DNA from: Patescibacteria group bacterium
GTDB lineage: Bacteria; Patescibacteriota; Patescibacteriia; UBA1558; UBA10009
NCBI GenBank assembly: GCA_041662565.1
Contig: JBAZSE010000002.1
Location: 91,244 to 155,243, forward strand
Reading direction: 5' to 3'
DNA length: 64,000 nucleotides
Part shown: one piece after another, positions 57,085 to 64,000 of the stretch
How positions within the stretch are numbered: the stretch's first letter is position 1
Layout: each line of letters begins with the position of its first letter
Made by a program: the position numbers and the translations under genes
Notes under the pieces: model-generated
Databases searched by the model: none
Seen by the model: only the letters and a program-made list of their open reading frames with translations
What the model was told of the DNA's origin: nothing

Positions 57085-57112
57085 GAAGTGAAAAAGTTAA
57101 CTTTTTCACTTC
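57085..57112 (+). promoter_or_regulatory. perfect 12-bp inverted repeat gaagtgaaaaag-ttaa-ctttttcacttc in hsp20 5' leader (operator or RNA hairpin)
   Basis: located +15 to +45 relative to predicted start. Confidence 0.4.
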
Positions 57113-57183
57113 CGAGCTGAGGAATTTATATGTAATCATATAAAGAGGTAAAAATACTTTTTAAAATTATCTGAACTACCTAT

Positions 57184-57666
57184 ATGTTACTTTTCGGCAA
57201 AAAAAATAAAACCAACACCGAAGCGGTGGCTGATGACTTTTTTTTAAACAACGAATCCGCTGAAACAAAAACCATTGCCACCAAAAAACCCTCACCCACC
57301 GAAGAAAAATGGTTGGATGAAGATTACGAAGAAGGCCAGCTTTCGGTTGATGTTTACCAAACAACAAACGCCATTGTGATTAAATCCACCATTGCCGGCG
57401 TTAAACCCGAAGACATTGATATTTCCATCAATAACGATATGGTAACCATTAGGGGCAAACGGGAAATTGAAGAAACCATAGCCGAAGACGATTATTTTTA
57501 CGCCGAATGCTACTGGGGCGGTTTTAGCCGTTCTATTATCTTGCCGGTAGAAATTATGGCCGATAAAGTGGAGGCCTCTTTAAAAAACGGCGTGCTGACT
57601 GTTACTTTGCCTAAAGCCAAAAAATCCCAGGCCTTTAGCATTAAAGTTAAGGAAGAAAATGATTAA
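57184..57666 (+). CDS. Hsp20/alpha-crystallin small heat-shock protein
   Basis: alpha-crystallin domain ...VTIRGKREIEE...GVLTVTLPKAK. Confidence 0.7.
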   Translation: MLLFGKKNKTNTEAVADDFFLNNESAETKTIATKKPSPTEEKWLDEDYEEGQLSVDVYQTTNAIVIKSTIAGVKPEDIDISINNDMVTIRGKREIEETIAEDDYFYAECYWGGFSRSIILPVEIMADKVEASLKNGVLTVTLPKAKKSQAFSIKVKEEND

Positions 57667-57677
57667 TGAATTATTAA

Positions 57678-59540
57678 ATGCCAGACCACAAGATTCAGCT
57701 TGATCCAATTGACCTGCCATTACCCCGCCTAATGAAATGGTTACTTATGATTGTAACCATTTTTTTGATTGTGTCCACGCTGGTGATTTTAGCTGCCTTA
57801 ACTTACGCTAAAACCCATGCTACTGGTTTTTTTCCGGGCGTTGCCATTAACAATCAATCATTAAAAAATATCTCTTTAGAAACGGCCACCTTAAATTTGC
57901 AAAACAAAGTGGACGAGTTTATTAAAAATGGATTGAATTACCGCTTTAACGGGCAAACCATTAATATTTACCCGGCGATTGCCGGCAGTAATCCGGACAC
58001 ATCTTACCAATTGATTAATTTTGACGTGCCCGCAACCGTGGAGCAGGCCTATTTAGTCGGGCGAAAAAAAGGCTATACCACCAACTTTAAAGAACAGTTG
58101 CTGGCTTTGGTATTTGGCAAAAACATCGGGCTTAACTACCAAATGCTGGATACAGATTTAGAAGCCGTGTTAAGGGAAAATTTAAGCCAATTTATCAATT
58201 TAGGAACCGATGCCCGGCCGCAAATTGCCGATAATTTGGAGATAACGATTTTACCGGAAGCCACCGGCACTAATTTTGATTTTTCAAAAATTCTTAATGA
58301 ATCAAAACAAAGGATTAATAATTTATCCAGCGAACCCCTTGAGATTGAATTGATAATTGATGAGCCACAAGTTAAACAGATTGATATCAACGAAGATCTT
58401 ATTTTGGAACTTAAAAACAAATTGGCCAATGGTTCTCTTAATTTAATTTACCAAAAAAACAGTTGGGTTGTGCCTATTGAAGAATTAAAAAAATGGCTGG
58501 TTTTTAGTAAAACTGAAGGAAAAATCAATTTGGGATTGGATGCTTCTACCAGTTTAAATTATTTAAAAAATATTATTGCGCCTAAAATTTTTAAACCCAC
58601 TTTGGAAGCCAAATTTTCCATTACCAACGGCCGGGTAGCCGAATTTCAAGGCAGCCAAGATGGGCAGGAATTGGATATAGCCAAAAGTTTGGAAAAAATC
58701 CAAAGCGACTACTTGATTGAAAACTTAAATACCATTCCGTTAACGGTAAACGAAACCAAAGCCAAAGTTTCAACCGATAGCCAAAACGATTTGGGCATTG
58801 CTCAAATAATCGGCACAGGGCAATCTAACTTTAAAGGCAGCCCTAAAAATCGCAGGCACAATATTGCCACCGGCGCGGCCGCTTTAAACGGTGTTTTAAT
58901 TAAGCCGGGCGAAACCTTTTCTTTAATCAGCGCACTTGGCGAGATAGACGGCGAAAATGGCTACTTACAGGAACTGGTAATTAAAGGCGATAGGACAATT
59001 CCGGAATACGGCGGGGGCTTATGCCAAATAGGCACCACGGTTTTTAGAGCCGCTCTGGCTTCGGGTTTGCCTATTACCGAACGGCACAACCATTCTTACC
59101 GAGTGGCTTATTACGAACCGGCCGGCAAAGACGCTACCATTTACAGCCCTAGGCCTGATTTAAAATTTACCAATGATACCGCTAAGCATATTTTAATCCA
59201 AAGCAGGATATCAGGCGACGATATTTATTTTGATTTTTGGGGCACAACTGATGGCCGAATAGCCGAACAAACCGATTCGGTGGTTTATAATATCCGCTCG
59301 GCCGGACCCGTTATTAATATTGAAACCGACACCTTAAAACCGGGCGAAAAAAAATGCACCGAAACCGCCCATGCGGGCGCTGATGCCTACTTTGACTACA
59401 AAGTAACTTACCCCGGTGGCGAAGTTAAAGAAGAGCGTTTTTCCAGCCACTATATTCCTTGGCCGGCCAAATGTTTGATTGGCAAACTGCCAACACCGGA
59501 AATAACCAGCCCAACTTCTACGTTGCCGGTGGTACAATAA
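57678..59540 (+). CDS. VanW-domain protein with N-terminal TM anchor
   Basis: GGGLCQIGTTVFRAALASGLPITERHNHSY VanW signature. Confidence 0.55.
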   Translation: MPDHKIQLDPIDLPLPRLMKWLLMIVTIFLIVSTLVILAALTYAKTHATGFFPGVAINNQSLKNISLETATLNLQNKVDEFIKNGLNYRFNGQTINIYPAIAGSNPDTSYQLINFDVPATVEQAYLVGRKKGYTTNFKEQLLALVFGKNIGLNYQMLDTDLEAVLRENLSQFINLGTDARPQIADNLEITILPEATGTNFDFSKILNESKQRINNLSSEPLEIELIIDEPQVKQIDINEDLILELKNKLANGSLNLIYQKNSWVVPIEELKKWLVFSKTEGKINLGLDASTSLNYLKNIIAPKIFKPTLEAKFSITNGRVAEFQGSQDGQELDIAKSLEKIQSDYLIENLNTIPLTVNETKAKVSTDSQNDLGIAQIIGTGQSNFKGSPKNRRHNIATGAAALNGVLIKPGETFSLISALGEIDGENGYLQELVIKGDRTIPEYGGGLCQIGTTVFRAALASGLPITERHNHSYRVAYYEPAGKDATIYSPRPDLKFTNDTAKHILIQSRISGDDIYFDFWGTTDGRIAEQTDSVVYNIRSAGPVINIETDTLKPGEKKCTETAHAGADAYFDYKVTYPGGEVKEERFSSHYIPWPAKCLIGKLPTPEITSPTSTLPVVQ

Positions 59541-59806
59541 TTTCCAACAAAAAAAATGCTGTCCTAATTACTGCGTCCAAGAAAATTATTGCTGGCTCGC
59601 ATCGAGCGGTCTACCCTAAAGTAAAGGCCAGATATAAAGCCGGCAATAATCCCCATGCTTGTCGTGGACGCAGAACTCAAAACAGCATTCTTAAATAACA
59701 ATCAAGTATAGCACAAATAAATATCTTGTCAAGCCCTTGGGGCAGATATTAACAAATTTTGGCTAACTTTAGCCAAATAAGTTTAATCCAGAATTAAGCC
59801 ATAAAA

Positions 59807-59835
59807 TTGACAAATAAATAATTTTCCCGTATAAT
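59807..59835 (+). promoter_or_regulatory. consensus promoter TTGACA-17-TATAAT for rpmF-nusB
   Basis: exact consensus hexamers. Confidence 0.6.
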
Positions 59836-59871
59836 CCCAAATATTCAATAATCTAATAATAAACTAACCAT

Positions 59872-60069
59872 ATGGGTCTTCAAACACAAAAAAGAACCAA
59901 ATCCTCCAAAAAAAGGCGTGCCTCGCACTTTGCCTTAAAAACCACCAAGGCAAACTATTGCCCCAAATGCACTGCCCCGATTTTAACTCATCGCATGTGC
60001 GCCACTTGCGGTTTTTACAAGGGCAAGGAAGTTATTAAGATTAAATCAAAAGTTGCTAAAAAGAAATAA
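59872..60069 (+). CDS. rpmF: 50S ribosomal protein L32
   Basis: KRRASHFAL ... CPKCTAPILTHRMCATCGFYKG zinc-ribbon L32 pattern. Confidence 0.7.
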   Translation: MGLQTQKRTKSSKKRRASHFALKTTKANYCPKCTAPILTHRMCATCGFYKGKEVIKIKSKVAKKK

Positions 60070-60081
60070 TTAAGGAATAAC

Positions 60082-60945
60082 ATGTCCAACCGACATTTAG
60101 CCCGTACCTTAGTTTTGCAATCACTCTTCCAGTGGGATTTTAACGGTCAAAAAGAAAATATCGTAGAACTGCTGGAAAACAATAAACAAGAGTTTGCTCC
60201 TGATTTTGATGATCAGGATTTTTCGGATAATTTGCTGGGCAACATTGTAACCAAGATTGATGAACTAAACGCCTTGATTGGCAAGTATGCACCCGAATGG
60301 CCTTTGGAACAAATAACCGTCATTGATAGAAATGTTTTGCGGATCGGCATTTTTGAACTTAAATTCTCGCGCGATATTCCCCCTAAAGTGGCTATTAACG
60401 AAGCCATTGAACTGGCCAAAAAATACGGCGGAGAATCATCCGGCAAATTTGTGAACGGTGTATTAGGCAGCGTTTTTAAAGATATGCAAGAAAGCGGAGA
60501 AAAAAAGGATTTTGAAACAGAGCCCACTAAAGAATTTTCCGGCGGTGGAGTGGTTTTTAGAAAAGACAATCAAACTTATCAATTCGCTTTGATTTTGGAT
60601 GCTTACGGCAAATGGACTTTTCCCAAGGGTCATATTGAAGCGGGTGAAAACCAAGCCGAAGCGGCTTTAAGAGAAGTAGGCGAAGAAATCGGCATCAAAA
60701 ATACCACCAACCATGGCTATTTGGGCAGTATTGATATTAAGGTAAATGAACCCAATAAACGGCCGGTGCCAAAAACCGTTTACTATTATTTAATAGAAAC
60801 AACTGACCAAGATTTTACCATTACCTCCGAACCAGAAGTTAAAGACGCCAAATGGGTGAGCCAGCAAGAGGCCCTAAATTTGATCAGTTATGAAAACGCC
60901 AGGGAGATTTTTAAAGCGGCTCTGAATAAACTGGGTATTGAATAA
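60082..60945 (+). CDS. nusB: NusB antitermination factor fused to a C-terminal NUDIX hydrolase domain
   Basis: N-terminal HLARTLVLQSLFQWDF (NusB); C-terminal Nudix box GHIEAGENQAEAALREVGEEIG. Confidence 0.65.
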   Translation: MSNRHLARTLVLQSLFQWDFNGQKENIVELLENNKQEFAPDFDDQDFSDNLLGNIVTKIDELNALIGKYAPEWPLEQITVIDRNVLRIGIFELKFSRDIPPKVAINEAIELAKKYGGESSGKFVNGVLGSVFKDMQESGEKKDFETEPTKEFSGGGVVFRKDNQTYQFALILDAYGKWTFPKGHIEAGENQAEAALREVGEEIGIKNTTNHGYLGSIDIKVNEPNKRPVPKTVYYYLIETTDQDFTITSEPEVKDAKWVSQQEALNLISYENAREIFKAALNKLGIE

Positions 60946-61060
60946 ACCCTTTTTCAAAAATAATCAAATGAATAAAATTAACTAATTCGTGTAACGTGTA
61001 CCATGTAGCCCGAAACACAAATTTTCAGGATACACGACACACGATACAGGATCCACACCA

Positions 61061-61750
61061 ATGAAAGACGCAAAAAAGCTGGAAAAAAACCTCAAGGTCT
61101 CTTTTAAAAATCAGGATCTTTTAAAAATGGCTACCATCCACCGCTCTTACCTTAACGAGCACAAAAACTTCGGCCTAGAACATAATGAACGGCTGGAATT
61201 TTTAGGTGATGCGGTTTTAGAATTGGTAACCACCGATTACCTTTACAAAAATTATCCCAACCCGGAAGGCGACTTAACCAATTGGCGCGCTTCTTTGGTC
61301 AACGCCAAAATGCTCGCCGAAATCGCCCACTCTTTGGAAATTGAAGATTTTTTGTACATGAGCAAGGGCGAGGCGCAGGACCAAAACCCCAAAGCCAGAA
61401 ACTATATTTTAGCTAATGCCATTGAAGCCATTATCGGGGCAATTTATTTGGATCAGGGTTTAGCTGCGGCCAGCGAATTTATCCATCAAAATATTTTAAG
61501 CCGCCTTAAAAACATTTTGGAAAACCAGCTTTATTTGGATCCTAAAAGCAAGTTTCAAGAAAAATCCCAAGAAATCTACAACATCACGCCCAGCTACAAA
61601 GTATTGGAAGAATCAGGGCCCGACCATAATAAATTTTTTAAAGTGGGAATTTTTTTAAATCACGAAATGGTAGCTGAAGGCGAAGGCACCAGCAAGCAGG
61701 AAGCCCAAGTATCAGCCGCCCAAAACGCCCTCGATGTTAAGGGTTGGTAA
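61061..61750 (+). CDS. rnc: ribonuclease III
   Basis: ERLEFLGDAVLELV RNase III signature, C-terminal dsRBD. Confidence 0.9.
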   Translation: MKDAKKLEKNLKVSFKNQDLLKMATIHRSYLNEHKNFGLEHNERLEFLGDAVLELVTTDYLYKNYPNPEGDLTNWRASLVNAKMLAEIAHSLEIEDFLYMSKGEAQDQNPKARNYILANAIEAIIGAIYLDQGLAAASEFIHQNILSRLKNILENQLYLDPKSKFQEKSQEIYNITPSYKVLEESGPDHNKFFKVGIFLNHEMVAEGEGTSKQEAQVSAAQNALDVKGW

Positions 61751-61819
61751 AAATATAAATTTAAAAACGGTTCCGTCGTTCGCTTGCGAAGTCGGAACCG
61801 TTTTTTGATTCTTTTTAAT

Positions 61820-63133
61820 TCAAAGAATCTTCATATCATCGGAGTACAGCCAATCTTTTAACTTGGTCCACAAAGGTTTTGGAGAGCTGGTTAAATTATA
61901 GGCGGTTTTTTGAGCTAAATTATAAATTTCAATAAAACCAGCGGCGGAATTTTGGTTAAAGGCATAATTTTTATTAAAGGTGGCTAAATTATGGTTAAAC
62001 AAAGAATAAGGAGAGGTTAAAGCTACCACTGTTATATTGCCTTTATATAATTTAACTTTAACCGTACCTGTAACTTTTTTATTTTGATCATTAATATAGG
62101 CCTTAAGATGCTGCATGGTTGGTTCAAACCATTTGGCTCCGTATGTTAAGTAGGCAAATTTCTGATCAATTAATTCTTTTAACTCATTTTCTTCCCTAGT
62201 GGAAACCAACTGTTCTAATTTTTTGTGGGCGGCGATTATTATGCTGGCCGCCGGATTTTCGTACACCCCCCTAACTTTTAAACCCACAATCCTATCCTCA
62301 ATCAAATGGACAAAACCAACCCCATGCTGGCCGCCGATTTTATTTAAACCGGCGATTATTTGGCTAAGCTTTGTGGCCTGCCCATTTAAACTTATAGGCA
62401 CACCTTCGGCAAAAGTTATTTCCACTAATTCTTCTTGATCGGGCGCAGCTTGAGGTAGCTGGCACCATTTTAATATTTTTTCCAAGGGCGGAATCAACTC
62501 GGGTTTTTCAATTTCACCCCCCTCGGCCGTATTAGACCACATATTTTCATCATAAGAATAGGGTAATTGATTGGTTTGAATAACAGGAATGCCGTGCTTA
62601 TAAGCATAAGCAATTTCTTCATCCCTACCCATGGACCATTCCCTAACAGGAGCAATGGTTTTTAGAGACGGATTTAAAGTTGTGATATAACCTTCAAACC
62701 TAACTTGATCATTGCCTTTTCCCGTAGAGCCGTGGGCCACTACCGAACAATTATATTGCTTGGCAATCTTAACGGCGGCTTGGGCAATCATTACCCTGCC
62801 CAAAGGACAACCCAAATGATAACCGCCTTGATAATCGGCGTTAGCTTTAATGGCTTGAGCTAAAATAGTTTGGGCAAATTCATTTTTAGCGTCATAAACA
62901 ATTACTTCTTTGGCACCAAGCATAAGGGCTTTTTGTTTTAGCTTTTCAAAGTCATCAACAGTTTGGCCGATATCAATAATTAAAGCTATAACTTCGGATT
63001 GGTACTGCTCTTGAATCCATTTAAGCAAAACCGAGGTATCCAATCCGCCCGAATACAACAATAAACACCTGTTAAAACTTCCTTTAACAGCTTCGTGAGA
63101 TGCGACTTTTTGATAAACATTAATAGTTTCCAT
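61820..63133 (-). CDS. argG: argininosuccinate synthase
   Basis: LLYSGGLDTS PP-loop, GKGNDQVRFE motif. Confidence 0.8.
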   Translation of the reverse strand: METINVYQKVASHEAVKGSFNRCLLLYSGGLDTSVLLKWIQEQYQSEVIALIIDIGQTVDDFEKLKQKALMLGAKEVIVYDAKNEFAQTILAQAIKANADYQGGYHLGCPLGRVMIAQAAVKIAKQYNCSVVAHGSTGKGNDQVRFEGYITTLNPSLKTIAPVREWSMGRDEEIAYAYKHGIPVIQTNQLPYSYDENMWSNTAEGGEIEKPELIPPLEKILKWCQLPQAAPDQEELVEITFAEGVPISLNGQATKLSQIIAGLNKIGGQHGVGFVHLIEDRIVGLKVRGVYENPAASIIIAAHKKLEQLVSTREENELKELIDQKFAYLTYGAKWFEPTMQHLKAYINDQNKKVTGTVKVKLYKGNITVVALTSPYSLFNHNLATFNKNYAFNQNSAAGFIEIYNLAQKTAYNLTSSPKPLWTKLKDWLYSDDMKIL

Positions 63134-63284
63134 GTATTTTATTGATTAATTAAAATTAAAAAGGCCTCTGTTTAAATCAGAAGCCCGGATAAATTTTTTG
63201 TATCTTAAATCACCGGAACTTCTGATATTTCCTCCGCCGACGTCTTAATTGTAAAATACTCTTAAACATAAAATATTAACAAAA

Positions 63285-63600
63285 AACTCTCGTTCTTTCA
63301 CTAATAAAATAAATTACTAATGAAGGAACGAGAGTATTCTCGTGGTACCATCCTTATTCATGATTATCTTTTCGATAACCACCTTGATCAGTTTTTACCA
63401 CAGCTTGCGGCAAAATAACTGTAGCGCTTGATAACGGACGCTAGCCGGCGACACCTACTTTCTTTTTTTAAAAAGATTTCTTCGGTTGCAACCTTATTTT
63501 AGGGCTCGTTCGATTGCCTTTTTTTGCCGGGCTTGCACCATCCCCGACTCGCTCTGATTTTTGGCTATCTACTATTCCCAAGGTTTTTTATTATATTTTC
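63285..63600 (-). promoter_or_regulatory. T-box-like riboswitch leader upstream of argG (minus strand)
   Basis: minus-strand AATAAGGATGGTACCACGAG (cf. T-box AAUUAGGGUGGUACCGCGG) overlapping 5' side of terminator ctctcgttccttca...tgaaagaacgagag + T6. Confidence 0.45.
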
Positions 63601-63653
63601 AAGAACTATTGTTAGTTTAATATAAAATCGGCCAAATGTCAATTTTTTCAAAC

Positions 63654-63792
63654 TTGACCCTAGATAATAAATCAGATATACTGACGGAAATGCCTATATT
63701 ATTTTGGAAAAATTTACCTATTTTACATGCTGGCAACTGGCAAACCTACCGGCTATTTATTTAATCAACCCCTTAACGTGGGGTTATTTTTT
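63654..63792 (+). promoter_or_regulatory. promoter TTGACC-17-TATACT followed by ~85-nt leader ending in hairpin aacccc-ttaacgt-ggggtt + T-run, 25 nt before next ORF
   Basis: possible attenuator or riboswitch-type leader. Confidence 0.35.
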
Positions 63793-63813
63793 ATCTAAAT
63801 TTTTCATTAAAAT

Positions 63814-64000
63814 ATGATTCAACCTTGGAATTTAAAAGAACAATTGCAAGCGGCCGTTAATAAAAATGGCGGCTGGGTTAACACTCATGCCCATTTTGAT
63901 AAGGCCTTTTATATTACCAAAGATGGTTTGGATAAAAGCATGATTGATATGGAACAAAAATGGCTGATGAGCGACGATATCAAAAGAAAATCAACTCAAG
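63814..64000 (+). CDS. amidohydrolase-superfamily protein, 3'-truncated by window end
   Basis: NTHAHFDKA metal-binding HxH motif near N-terminus. Confidence 0.4.
   Translation, partial: MIQPWNLKEQLQAAVNKNGGWVNTHAHFDKAFYITKDGLDKSMIDMEQKWLMSDDIKRKSTQ

Noticed and set aside
59459-59698. 79-aa ORF overlapping the VanW gene end
   Set aside because: Begins inside VanW CDS in another frame and spans an inverted-repeat structure; likely non-coding.

Overview
This is a low-GC (~38%), gene-dense bacterial chromosome segment. The small housekeeping genes and the NusB–NUDIX fusion are compatible with a reduced-genome lineage such as Patescibacteria/CPR; that attribution is an inference only. The core genes are glyA (5' partial), cutA, ribF-kinase, a uvrD/pcrA helicase, ychF, queA, ruvB, gyrA, rpsA, ftsH, a pilB/gspE-type ATPase, valS, an adenosine-deaminase-family gene, tsaE, tsaD, tRNA-Glu, hsp20, a VanW-domain gene, rpmF, nusB–nudix, rnc, and argG with a T-box-like leader.

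The main feature is a complete integron-like system between about 32.9 and 53.1 kb. A 291-aa tyrosine recombinase on the minus strand sits at 32907–33782, directly preceded by a RelE-type toxin–antitoxin pair. It is transcribed divergently from a plus-strand array of roughly 17 gene cassettes that spans about 19 kb.

Each cassette ends in an imperfect-palindromic attC-like site of 120–225 bp. Each site has an inverse-core box (GCCTAAC, ATATAAC or GTACAAC) and a core box (GTTAGGC/T, GTTATAT or GTTGTAC). The inverse-core box of each cassette complements the first six bases of that same cassette, which is what serial attI×attC insertions produce.

Cassette cargo is typical accessory content: GNAT, NUDIX, two near-identical VOC/glyoxalase cassettes, DUF218, a Fic toxin with a FicA-like antitoxin, hicBA with a frameshifted hicA, an ACT-like protein, and several membrane or secreted proteins. 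There is also a 5-kb cassette carrying an M23 peptidase, an OLD-family ATPase/Toprim nuclease, a PD-(D/E)xK-like protein and an HTH-fused cytosine-5 methyltransferase.

In six sites the two complementary arms of one attC are separated by a whole ORF (L'' AGGATTGCCG and L' CGGCAATCC, or CGTATCTG and CAGATACG, or CCGCGTATGC and GCATACG). This ORF-inside-attC architecture is the least conventional signal in the window.

Other notable regions are a GC-rich (~50%) two-gene island next to tRNA-Glu (55.4–57.0 kb) and a ~450-nt ORF-free, promoter-to-terminator candidate ncRNA (2.77–3.23 kb). There is also a duplicated promoter-leader module, an inverted-repeat operator-like hairpin upstream of hsp20, and a T-box-like leader upstream of argG. 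Coordinates of small elements are read by eye and may be off by ±1–2 nt.
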